A DNA stretch of 64,000 bases from an uncultured Eubacteriales bacterium (lineage in GTDB: Bacteria; Bacillota; Clostridia; Christensenellales; UBA1242): assembly GCA_948806215.1 (NCBI GenBank), contig CAQIDI010000002.1, forward strand, positions 93,602-157,601. Reading direction: 5' to 3'. The position numbers were made by a program, and so were the translations under genes. This document shows positions 9,486 to 18,349 of this stretch, piece by piece; within the stretch, counting starts at the first letter, position 1; each line of letters starts with the position of its first letter. The notes under the pieces are model-generated. The model did not search any database, was not told the DNA's origin, and was given only the letters and a program-made list of their open reading frames with translations.

Positions 9486-10727
9486 TTAATTAAATGTGTT
9501 TATAGTTTTATTTTTTATTGCATTATCTAGCTTAATTATTTTTTCGTATAAATGATTAGTTATTATTTCGGAGCTTGTTATTGAACCAACACTATTATCG
9601 TTAATATACGAATCTATAAACGAAAACTTTTTGCCTTTGTTATTAATAGAAACATCGCAACCTTTACCAATTATTTGATAAACATCGTTAAGTTTTTTGC
9701 AAAGTTCTTCACGCGATATAATAAAACAATTATTTAATTGTTTTCCAAACTCTAAAAACATTTTGCTTTGCTTAAAATCTTCTATTTTGCTTTCTGGCAA
9801 AACAATGTATCTGTGAGCTTTAACACCACGGCTTTGAGCATCGATAATCGAAGTTAAATATTCCCTTTCGTTTGCAGTATCAACCCAAGCATAACCACTA
9901 TCGGCAATATCAATCGAATAAATTTCTTCGCCTTTTTTTAGTTTGTTATAGCGTTCCACCAAGGTTTTATATCCACCATAAATTCTGGAGGATTCCATTT
10001 CTTTTTGAAGCAGAATTGAAACATTACCATATCCGCCATCGATTGTAATGTTTTCGCCATTAATAAAGCTACTTTCCTGATTACTTAAAAAGTAAACAAC
10101 ATTGGCAACTTCATATGGCTGAGCAACGCGCTTTAAAGGTGTCCACTTAGGCGATTCGTTAACTTGTTCTGGAGTGTTCATATCGGTATCAATAGCCCCC
10201 GGTGCTATTGAATTAACTCTAATGCCACGCCTGCCAAAGTTTACCGATAGGCTTTTCATAACATTAACAATTGCACCCTTGCTTGCAGCATAAGATATGC
10301 TAGAAAAAGCACCACTAAACGAATCGTTACTACTCATTAAAACAATGCTTCCGTTAACGTTTAAATTGTGTTGAAGTTTAATTGCTATCATCATTGGCGA
10401 ATAAAAATTGCAGTTCATAACTTGTTCAAAATCGGAAAAATCAAAATTAACAAAATCGTCGTTTTCGCTAAAAATTCCAGCATTTAAAAACATAGCATCA
10501 AAGTTAACATTTGAAACACTATCAATAAAATCTTGTGTGCTACGCAAATCGGTAAAATCGTAAGGACCTATTGGCACAAAGGTTTCTTCATATTTTTTTA
10601 TAACATCAATCATATTTTTAAACGATTTGTTATATGTTCCATAAACTTTCCAACCATTTTGCAAAAACTTTTCGGCGGTTGCTCTGCCAATTCCACGGCT
10701 AGCACCTGTTATTAAAATGCTTTTCAT
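9486..10727 (-). CDS. Short-chain dehydrogenase/reductase fused to an uncharacterised C-terminal domain of about 170 aa
   Basis: N-terminal ITGASRGIGRATA (TGxxxGxG) and YAASK (YxxxK) are SDR motifs. Residues from about 245 to 413 match nothing I recognise. Confidence 0.7.
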   Translation of the reverse strand: MKSILITGASRGIGRATAEKFLQNGWKVYGTYNKSFKNMIDVIKKYEETFVPIGPYDFTDLRSTQDFIDSVSNVNFDAMFLNAGIFSENDDFVNFDFSDFEQVMNCNFYSPMMIAIKLQHNLNVNGSIVLMSSNDSFSGAFSSISYAASKGAIVNVMKSLSVNFGRRGIRVNSIAPGAIDTDMNTPEQVNESPKWTPLKRVAQPYEVANVVYFLSNQESSFINGENITIDGGYGNVSILLQKEMESSRIYGGYKTLVERYNKLKKGEEIYSIDIADSGYAWVDTANEREYLTSIIDAQSRGVKAHRYIVLPESKIEDFKQSKMFLEFGKQLNNCFIISREELCKKLNDVYQIIGKGCDVSINNKGKKFSFIDSYINDNSVGSITSSEIITNHLYEKIIKLDNAIKNKTINTFN

Positions 10728-10735
10728 ATTATCTC

Positions 10736-12121
10736 CTATTTTAACATAATGTTTAAAAAGTTATTATCGCTAGCGGCAAGATGCACGCCTTTTTTATCCA
10801 CTATTAACGCGTTGGCTTTTTCACAAATTTTTAACACTGGGTAGTAGTTCCAAATTTTATCACCATTATAAATTGCCCCATTAATTTTTCCGGAAGCAAC
10901 CCAAGCAAACGCAACTGCAATGCTGCCATAATCCCTAAGAATTAAGCCGTGTTCTTTTAAAGCCACAATTTTTTTAATACGCTCTGTTCCAGTTGCTGCA
11001 ATTAATCCCCTTTCCACTGGGCAACTAACAACGTTAATTTTTTTGCCATTTAGATAGCTTGTGGTTTCATCACAAAAATATAGCTCGTTTAAAAATGGTA
11101 AGTAGGTAACAGCAGCAGTGTTTATTCCACCTCGAATAATTGCCATTTGAATGCCAAAAATAGGCATTTGCTTAGACACATTAACCGAGCCATCAATACC
11201 ATTAATAATAACACAGTTATCGCTTAACTTTTCGTTAGGACTAATTTCTTCGCTAATAATATTAAAATTTGGATATTGTTCTTTAACCTTTTTTATAATG
11301 AATTTTTCAATGTTTAACTCCATAGATGTTACAACATCACTATCGCCTTTTTGCATTACTTCAAATTCGTTAACAAGCATATTGGTTGCTTGTTTTATGG
11401 TTTTTATTGCAAAATCACAATCTCTATTCACAATATTTCCTCCTAGAACATTAAAAACATCTTTATTAACTTCAAAACTAAAATCGCTATTGCTTTTTAA
11501 ACATAAATCAAATTTAGAACCATCTAATAAAGAATGAACTTTTAATTGTTCTCTACGTTCTTTGCAACTTTCTAAAACTTCTTTAAAAGTTTTTTCTTTT
11601 TCTCCGTTTCGGGCTCGATGTATTCTTCTTTTGGCTTCGAGTTCTAAATCACAATTAATATAAACAAATAGGCTATTTGGTATTTTATTTAAAAACTGCG
11701 TTCCAACACCTTCAAAAATATGCACATTTGCCTTACCCTTTAACAACTCGTATTCCGAATTATCTTTTGCGTGCTTTGGAACAATATAAAAATCCAACTT
11801 ATTTTGTAAGTTAAATATGGTTGCATTTAAACTGTTTAAACAATAACTTTCCACAAAAGAAGATGAGTAACTTTTTTTACTTTCTTCTCCCACACTGTTA
11901 ATAAAATTTGCAACCGCACTTTTTCTTACTATGGTGTTAGTTATAAAGTCATCAGTATCAACTAAGTTTGCCACAAGTCCATTTTCTTCAAAACACTTTT
12001 TTAAATTTTTTGAAAATGTGGATTTTCCACTGCCACCATTGCCGGAAATAAAAACAAAATTCACATTAGACTTAATGCAAAAATCAAATATTGAGTTAAT
12101 AACACTATTATATTGTTTCAT
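10736..12121 (-). CDS. P-loop kinase-like domain fused to a degenerate inositol-monophosphatase-fold domain
   Basis: Walker A ISGNGGSGKST at the N-terminus. The C-terminal half has an IMPase-like layout (IISEE, NGIDGS, WNYYP), with Asp-to-Asn changes relative to the canonical DPIDGT and WD motifs. Confidence 0.6.
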   Translation of the reverse strand: MKQYNSVINSIFDFCIKSNVNFVFISGNGGSGKSTFSKNLKKCFEENGLVANLVDTDDFITNTIVRKSAVANFINSVGEESKKSYSSSFVESYCLNSLNATIFNLQNKLDFYIVPKHAKDNSEYELLKGKANVHIFEGVGTQFLNKIPNSLFVYINCDLELEAKRRIHRARNGEKEKTFKEVLESCKERREQLKVHSLLDGSKFDLCLKSNSDFSFEVNKDVFNVLGGNIVNRDCDFAIKTIKQATNMLVNEFEVMQKGDSDVVTSMELNIEKFIIKKVKEQYPNFNIISEEISPNEKLSDNCVIINGIDGSVNVSKQMPIFGIQMAIIRGGINTAAVTYLPFLNELYFCDETTSYLNGKKINVVSCPVERGLIAATGTERIKKIVALKEHGLILRDYGSIAVAFAWVASGKINGAIYNGDKIWNYYPVLKICEKANALIVDKKGVHLAASDNNFLNIMLK

Positions 12122-12135
12122 TACTTTTCCTTAAT

Positions 12136-12672
12136 TTATCTCCACTTGTCGCCATTAACCAATTTAGTTAACGCCATTACAAAAGCTAATTCGGTTAAAT
12201 CAATTCGTGAAATGTTATTATGAGTAAGCAGTTGAATTCCACCACCGTGATTGTGGCGATCATCGTCTTTAGTAAATACTTTATTCATTACACTGCTTAA
12301 ATCGGTGCTAATTATTTCATCAACTAAATATGTTGGAACTGGAAACGATGGGCTTGTGCCAAAACTTGAAAACCTATTATTGTTATCCTCAATAACAGCA
12401 ACATTGGTTATCATCCACTCGCCCAAAACATTAGCTATTCCACTTTCAACCGCTAAATATAAATCAGCTTCAATATTGTTGGATTTGCAAAACAACTTTA
12501 AGTTTTTAACTCTATTTTTTGCACCTTCGTAAGTTTCTAAGTTAACAGGCTGATCTCCCACTTCAGAATCGGATGGAATTCCAACAATTTCAATATCTTC
12601 AAAAAAGCGTTCAAATGCTCTGCGTGCACCTTCAATTTTGCCTTCGTTTTTAGTTGCTATTATTAATTTCAT
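12136..12672 (-). CDS. Inosine/xanthosine triphosphatase (YjjX/DUF84 family)
   Basis: The pattern MKLIIATKNEGKIEGARRAF...VGDQP...GAKNRV...AVESGI follows E. coli YjjX. Confidence 0.7.
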   Translation of the reverse strand: MKLIIATKNEGKIEGARRAFERFFEDIEIVGIPSDSEVGDQPVNLETYEGAKNRVKNLKLFCKSNNIEADLYLAVESGIANVLGEWMITNVAVIEDNNNRFSSFGTSPSFPVPTYLVDEIISTDLSSVMNKVFTKDDDRHNHGGGIQLLTHNNISRIDLTELAFVMALTKLVNGDKWR

Positions 12673-12830
12673 ATTAAGTTCCTTTTAATATATAAATTAC
12701 TATTTATATTATAATATATCTTAATTAAAATTTCATATTAAAAATAAGGCATTAATCACAAATAAAAATTTTTTAATTTTATTTAATATTATAAGTATAC
12801 AAGCTTTTATTTACCTTAAGGAAGTATGAA

Positions 12831-13402
12831 ATGTGTTTTTGTAATAATAATTTTGGTTGTAACCAATGTGGATGTTGCAACTGTTCAAATAAAATTTTAG
12901 TTCGTGGTCCGCAAGGCCCTACTGGACCAACCGGACTTGCTGGTGCTACTGGTCCACAAGGCGTTCCTGGCCCGCAAGGTCCAACTGGGGCAACTGGCAT
13001 TGCAAGCGTTTCGGATTTTGGTAGTTACTACACAACTGCCGAACAAACAGTTGATAACTCCTCTTTCCCATTAACAAACACTTTAGAAGCTAATAATTTA
13101 ATTATTAATAATGCAACTGGTGTTGTTACATTACCAACAGCTGGTTTTTATAAAATTGATTATGGTGTTTATGCCGCAAGCAATGCAACAGCTAGCGACT
13201 ATATGGCTATTTTTATTAATGGCGCAGAAGTGGGAGGCACTGCAAGGGGGCTTTAAATAACACTATGATTAATGCCAGTGCTATCGTGCAAACAACAACT
13301 GATAATAGCACTTTAAACATTCAAGTTATAACCGATAATCCTGTTGATTTTTTAGATAACGATGGTATTAATGGTTATTTAGTAATTATTAAAATTGCTT
13401 AA
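12831..13402 (+). pseudogene. Collagen-like, BclA/C1q-like surface protein gene interrupted by a frameshift at a G5 run
   Basis: AAGGAAG SD, then ATG at 12831. Cys-rich N-terminus MCFCNNNFGCNQCGCCNC and ten GXY triplets (12906-12998). ORF stops at 13254-13256; the other frame continues open to TAA at 13400-13402. One extra G at 13246-13250 would fuse the two frames. Confidence 0.65.
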
Positions 13403-13413
13403 ATTTTATAATC

Positions 13414-13441
13414 AAAAAAGAAGGTTGACGCCTTCTTTTTT
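13414..13441. terminator. Bidirectional terminator between convergent genes
   Basis: AGAAGG-ttgacg-CCTTCT, flanked by A6 and T5. Confidence 0.7.
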
Positions 13442-14222
13442 AAAGTTCTAAATTACTTTCGTAAAAAGTATCAATATTATTTAACTTTTTAATAACCTTT
13501 TTACAATTTTGTTTATTACCATAAATAAAAATGTTTTTATTTCTATTAGTAAACAAAACACCACCAGCTTTCCTAATTAGAAAGTTGCCAGGAACTAAGT
13601 CCCACTTGTTTAAAATGTAAACAATATAAACATCCATACTTCCATTTGCAATTTGGCAACTATCGTAACAGGAACTGCCAAACATTCTTATTCGCTTAAC
13701 TTTATCACATAGTTCAAGCATTATTTGTTTTTGGTTATTTAATGTTTGTTTGTAATTCAACTGAAAATCGCCAATATTAACTGCCATATTTTTTAATTCT
13801 TGTTCGCTTGAAACAAAAATTTGTTTACCATTTAAAAAAGCACCTTTATCGCAAGCATAAAACATTTGCTTGTGCTCTGGCAAATATAAGCAAGAAAATA
13901 TTGTTTTTCCATTTTTTAATAGCGCAACTTGTGTGCCATAAATTTTAACATCGTGTTTATAATTAAACGTTCCATCAATGGGATCAACAATCCAAGTGTA
14001 TTCGCCTAATTTATTAATAACACCTTCTTCGCCAATAAATGTGCTATTTGGTAAAAGCTTTAAAAATTGCATTTGCAAATATTTTTGTGTGTTAATATCA
14101 CGATTAGTAACATCGTCGTTATTAAATTTATGCTTATCTTCTCGTTCATAATAAGAACGATTATAATATATTTTAGTTGAGTGTTTTACAATTTTTAATA
14201 TTTTATTAAATAGTTTTTTCAT
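13440..14222 (-). CDS. Inositol monophosphatase-family phosphatase
   Basis: Canonical FIGEEG, WIVDPIDGTFNY and NKWDLVPG motifs. Confidence 0.8.
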   Translation of the reverse strand: MKKLFNKILKIVKHSTKIYYNRSYYEREDKHKFNNDDVTNRDINTQKYLQMQFLKLLPNSTFIGEEGVINKLGEYTWIVDPIDGTFNYKHDVKIYGTQVALLKNGKTIFSCLYLPEHKQMFYACDKGAFLNGKQIFVSSEQELKNMAVNIGDFQLNYKQTLNNQKQIMLELCDKVKRIRMFGSSCYDSCQIANGSMDVYIVYILNKWDLVPGNFLIRKAGGVLFTNRNKNIFIYGNKQNCKKVIKKLNNIDTFYESNLEL

Positions 14223-14617
14223 TATTTATTTTCCCAAAGTTTAATCCAGCCAAGTTCTAACCAGCGTTTTATTTCGTCGTAGCACATAACATTAACATCA
14301 GGCATTTTATAAATAAACACATCAATATTTTTGTTATAATTTAGATTTTGTATTATTGCAAAACTTAGTTCTGCAAAACCTGCTGCACCAACATAGCCTG
14401 TTATGCCTTTTTTATCTTCGTTAAAAAGCAAAAAACAATTAGCGCTAGTAATGTTTTTATAAAAGTTTTTGTGTATTTCTGGGTATAGTTCATTAAAATT
14501 ATTAGTATCAATTTGTTTAGGATAATCAATAACATTATATTCTAGTTTTAACTCGTTAATTAATCTTAGATAATTATTAAAATGTGAAACACTACCCGAT
14601 ATTACTAAATTTTTCAT
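14222..14617 (-). CDS. Nucleoside 2-deoxyribosyltransferase-like protein
   Basis: 131 aa. GYVGAAGFAELSFAI resembles the NDT/DNPH1-type G-x-x-E-x-G/A motif. Its stop overlaps the next start (TAATG). Confidence 0.4.
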   Translation of the reverse strand: MKNLVISGSVSHFNNYLRLINELKLEYNVIDYPKQIDTNNFNELYPEIHKNFYKNITSANCFLLFNEDKKGITGYVGAAGFAELSFAIIQNLNYNKNIDVFIYKMPDVNVMCYDEIKRWLELGWIKLWENK

Positions 14618-14622
14618 ATTTA

Positions 14623-15198
14623 TTAAATCCTTTTTTCTGCTTGTAAAACTTTGATTTTTTCGATTATTTTTTTGTAAACCGGGATCATATAAATTTCCGT
14701 TGCTTTATTAAGTAGTTCGTCAAAAGTTAACCATTCGACCCCACTATTTTCATCAGGTTTTGTTTCGATTAATTCGTTTTCGTCGGCTTCTAACAAATAT
14801 GTAACATTTAAGTGAATATGTGCTGGAACGTATTTTCCGCGTTTAATATGCCCAAGCACTGGCACGCTTTCTAAAGAAATAGGAATGTTTAATAATGGCT
14901 TAACACTTTTAATCGAAGTTTCTTCTTTTGCTTCTTTCATAGCAACATAAAGCATATCGTCGTCGCCATCTGCGTGGCCACCAACCCAAGTCCAAGATTT
15001 GTATATATTATGATAAGAACAAAGAATTTTTGTTTTATCTTTATTAACAACAAAACCAGAACTTGTTAAATGACAACGCTCGTTTTCTCTTGTTAAAATT
15101 TGTTCGATATTTTCACAATCAATAAAAAATTGTTTATCTTTAACTTCTTGTTCGTTAAACGGAACATAATTTTTAATCATTTCTATAGTTTTACTCAT
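14623..15198 (-). CDS. NUDIX hydrolase
   Basis: Nudix box GGHADGDDDMLYVAMKEAKEETSI. Confidence 0.8.
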   Translation of the reverse strand: MSKTIEMIKNYVPFNEQEVKDKQFFIDCENIEQILTRENERCHLTSSGFVVNKDKTKILCSYHNIYKSWTWVGGHADGDDDMLYVAMKEAKEETSIKSVKPLLNIPISLESVPVLGHIKRGKYVPAHIHLNVTYLLEADENELIETKPDENSGVEWLTFDELLNKATEIYMIPVYKKIIEKIKVLQAEKRI

Positions 15199-15394
15199 TT
15201 GCTTTTATCCTTTTATTAAACATTAATTGTTACTGAACTTAACACATTATTTAATAATTCTTCACTAAAACCTCTAAAGAACATAACTTTTGCATTACTT
15301 ACACTACTTCCCATAGATGAATTAGTAAAGAAATTTTAAGTATTAAAACAATGCCTGATAAACATTTTTAATTTTTTTCTTCATTGTTTTTTTC

Positions 15395-16051
15395 CTAATT
15401 AACAACTATACTTTTAAAAGTTTCACGCACTATTTCAATTTCTTCTATCGATTTTATAATAACATCTATCACAAATATTTTTTCTGTATCTCTCATAGAT
15501 ATTTTAACTCGTTCTATTCCTTTAAGTGTTTCAAAATCAACTTTTTTAATTTTACTAGTTTCAACAATTTTAAATTTGTTATCAGAAAAAGACTCGTTTT
15601 TATTTGGACAATTTAAAATAATATTGTTTTTATTAACAAAAACATCCCAACCATTTTGTCCAGAAACAAACACTCCGCCAAAACCAAACACCGAAGTTAA
15701 TGCACTTAATGTGTTAACTGCTGCATTTTTTGCAGTTTGAGCTTTTTTGTTTAGGTATGCAACAAAGTGAGAATATTCTTCTAATCCGCCATAAGTTTTA
15801 TTGGCGTATGATGAATTGTTGTTTATATTTTTATTTGCTTTTTTATAAGTTAAAAATTTACTAATTCCAATAATAAAAAATACAACTGAAACAATAATAA
15901 AAATTATAGAAAACCCGCTAAGAGCCTTAATCTTTTTTAAAGTACCAATTAACCAGCCAGCAATCGAAGCCACCAGTATTACAGCACCAACAATATTTGA
16001 AGTGTTTGCTTGTTTTTTTAAATCGTTTATTTTCTTTTTTAATTCTTCCAT
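15395..16051 (-). CDS. Membrane protein of unknown function
   Basis: 218 aa: charged N-terminus, two TM segments, and a soluble beta-rich C-terminal domain. Confidence 0.5.
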   Translation of the reverse strand: MEELKKKINDLKKQANTSNIVGAVILVASIAGWLIGTLKKIKALSGFSIIFIIVSVVFFIIGISKFLTYKKANKNINNNSSYANKTYGGLEEYSHFVAYLNKKAQTAKNAAVNTLSALTSVFGFGGVFVSGQNGWDVFVNKNNIILNCPNKNESFSDNKFKIVETSKIKKVDFETLKGIERVKISMRDTEKIFVIDVIIKSIEEIEIVRETFKSIVVN

Positions 16052-16068
16052 AAGTTTCTCCTTTAAAA

Positions 16069-16644
16069 TTAATCAATTTTAGCCATTAACAAAAGTTGTT
16101 TAATATTGTTATAAAGCGGTTCAAGTTCCGCTTTAACACAAGGTAAACTTACAATGTTATGTTTTTCTTCTAGTTTTGCAAGAACCATATTAATTGCATC
16201 GTTTTGATTTGCACCTCTATTTGTTACAGTTTGCATAAAGGTAAAAACACCTTGTGGATGAATAAATCTGTAGCAATCGGCGTTGGCACAAATTTCGGCT
16301 TCTATGCTTAAAAATGGAACTTTTCCGTGATGAGCTTCGACACAATTTAATAACACTTGGGTTGTTTTACTATCAACCTTGTTTTGTAATAATATTTGTT
16401 TTGCATATTTTAAACTTTCGCTCACGTGCTCTGCTTGTTTACCTTGTTTTATGCACTCGCCAAGTTTAATATCCATTAATGCTATTCCACATTTAACCAA
16501 ATTAACATCTATTTTTTTATCAATAATATTTGCAATTTGCTCGGCTTTAATCAATGATAAATTATAGTGATTTAGCGATGGTCCACCAAACTTTTCAATT
16601 TCTTCTAATGCAAGTTTGTTTATAATATCAAATAGTTTTTTCAT
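16069..16644 (-). CDS. HD-superfamily-like protein (divergent)
   Basis: EAHHG and ANADCYRF resemble HD-domain motifs, but the expected HD dipeptide reads MD (IALMDIKLG). Confidence 0.4.
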   Translation of the reverse strand: MKKLFDIINKLALEEIEKFGGPSLNHYNLSLIKAEQIANIIDKKIDVNLVKCGIALMDIKLGECIKQGKQAEHVSESLKYAKQILLQNKVDSKTTQVLLNCVEAHHGKVPFLSIEAEICANADCYRFIHPQGVFTFMQTVTNRGANQNDAINMVLAKLEEKHNIVSLPCVKAELEPLYNNIKQLLLMAKID

Positions 16645-16762
16645 ATAAATTCCCTTTTTAATTATGCTCCTTTAAAAATTTTAAGTAAACTTTTTTAAAA
16701 CTTTAGTTATGTTTTTATAAACTTGAACTGTTATTTCGGTTTCCTGCACAATAGCCCCTTAA

Positions 16763-17413
16763 CTATCTTATTTTTAAGTTATGCTTTTTTATATTGTTGT
16801 TAACAAATTTATATAACGGAGCCATTTGCTTTTTTGCTAAGGTTTTTCCAACTTCAGTTTTAATAAGTTCTGCTTGTGGTGCCATTGTTCTGTAAACATA
16901 GTGAGTTGTTGAAAGTGGTTTAATTTCTGGAACATACTCAGAACATTCTAGCGAAAAATCCTTATTATATATTGGAATATTTTTTGTTTTACAAAATTTT
17001 AAGGTTCGCTTTAAGCCATTGTTTCCAAGGGCATCCAATATGTCGGCATCCTGCAAAATTTTTAGTTCAATATTATCTTTTGTTAATTCTATATATTTTT
17101 CATCGTGCATTTTTACTAAATACAAAATTTTATCTAAATCGTTTTTATTCAAGTTAAATTCGCTTAATATTTCTTTAACATATTCTACCGATTCTTCGGC
17201 TGTTACAAATTTGTTTAGTTCGTTATACATAACCCTGTGAACATCGTGAAACATTGTTGCAATAGTTAAAACAAAATTATTGCACTTTTCTTTTTTACAT
17301 ATTTGTTTTTCAAAATTTAAAACTCGTTTTATATGGTTAATATCGTGACCAGTTTTTTCGTTTGCATAAACTTCTTTTGCCTTTTTATAAAACTTTTTAT
17401 ATATCTTTTTCAT
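16763..17413 (-). CDS. HD-domain phosphohydrolase
   Basis: H...HD...D pattern: NHIKRV, MFHDVHR, LQDADILDALG. Confidence 0.7.
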   Translation of the reverse strand: MKKIYKKFYKKAKEVYANEKTGHDINHIKRVLNFEKQICKKEKCNNFVLTIATMFHDVHRVMYNELNKFVTAEESVEYVKEILSEFNLNKNDLDKILYLVKMHDEKYIELTKDNIELKILQDADILDALGNNGLKRTLKFCKTKNIPIYNKDFSLECSEYVPEIKPLSTTHYVYRTMAPQAELIKTEVGKTLAKKQMAPLYKFVNNNIKKHNLKIR

Positions 17414-17431
17414 TTAAACCCACTTATAAAA

Positions 17432-17770
17432 TTAAAAATCTGATTCGCTAAGCAAAGGAACAATATCAATAGCCGGCTCTTCGTAAGGATGAACTTTTCT
17501 TAACTCTGCAACAACTCTTTTAACATCTTCAACATTGCAAATAACTTCTAGTTTTTCTTCTTCTACTATTTCTAACTTGTTTCTAGTTCCTAAAAACGGA
17601 TTTGCTTTTTCGTTTGGAACAAAACTTCCAACACTTTTAACGCTGGTTGAACAATACGAATATTCGCCAATATTTCCAGCTCCTGCACCACACATAGCAT
17701 TTCTAACAACTTCTAAAAACTCTGCTGGAACAGTTACAAAAATTTTTACTTTTTTTATTTCAAATTGCAT
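17432..17770 (-). CDS. Small NIF3-insert/PII-like fold protein
   Basis: 112 aa. The pattern KIFVTVP...VRNAMCGAGAGNIGEYSYCS...GSF.P...ANPFLG...HPYEEPA is seen in stand-alone homologues of the NIF3 PII-like domain. Confidence 0.45.
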   Translation of the reverse strand: MQFEIKKVKIFVTVPAEFLEVVRNAMCGAGAGNIGEYSYCSTSVKSVGSFVPNEKANPFLGTRNKLEIVEEEKLEVICNVEDVKRVVAELRKVHPYEEPAIDIVPLLSESDF

Positions 17771-17782
17771 AGTTTTACTCCT

Positions 17783-18334
17783 TTAATTAAACTCATATTT
17801 TTTAACTTCGCAGTTTTGCAAAAAAGCCTCCATAACATCGCCAAGTTTTCCGCTTTGTGGCAATTCGTTAAAATAAAAATAAACCGCTCTGCTAATAAAC
17901 CCGTGTGCAACTATTAACACATTTTTATCGGAATGTTTTTGTTTAATTTCGTTTAGCACACTATGCACCCTACTAAACACTTCGTCTATTGGTTCTAACC
18001 CATCAAATTTAGTTTTATTGTTAATGTTTAAATAAACGTCAAAAAGCAGTTCATCGGTTATATCAAGCCCATTCATTTTTCCCGCCTTGCGTTCAACCAA
18101 TCTTGGTTCAAAAATAACAGGTGTGTTTTTAGGCAAATTTAATCCTTCTAGTGTTTGTCTTGTTCTAATTAATGGCGAACAATAAACTAAATCAATCTTA
18201 ATATCTTTAAACTGCTTGCCAGCATTTAATGCTTGATTTAAACCAATATCGTTTAACTCCTCATCACATTCTCCATTAAACTTGTGGCTACTATTTGCAA
18301 CGGTTTGACCGTGTCTAATAAAATATAAACTCAT
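17783..18334 (-). CDS. Histidine phosphatase (phosphoglycerate mutase-like) family protein
   Basis: N-terminal FIRHGQTVAN matches the RHG motif; a later VAHG is also present. Confidence 0.8.
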   Translation of the reverse strand: MSLYFIRHGQTVANSSHKFNGECDEELNDIGLNQALNAGKQFKDIKIDLVYCSPLIRTRQTLEGLNLPKNTPVIFEPRLVERKAGKMNGLDITDELLFDVYLNINNKTKFDGLEPIDEVFSRVHSVLNEIKQKHSDKNVLIVAHGFISRAVYFYFNELPQSGKLGDVMEAFLQNCEVKKYEFN

Positions 18335-18349
18335 ACTTAATACCTAATA

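Noticed and set aside
12779-13000. 73-aa Pro/Gly/Cys-rich ORF on the minus strand
   Set aside because: It is the reverse-complement shadow of the GXY collagen repeat (GGN/CCN codons read open on both strands). It has no SD, and the plus-strand gene has a strong one.
15216-15314. 32-codon ORF (MGSSVSNAKVMFFRGFSEELLNNVLSSVTINV) in the 196-bp gap upstream of the NUDIX operon
   Set aside because: It has no SD or recognisable promoter, and no motif. It may be a gene remnant, but there is nothing to support calling it.
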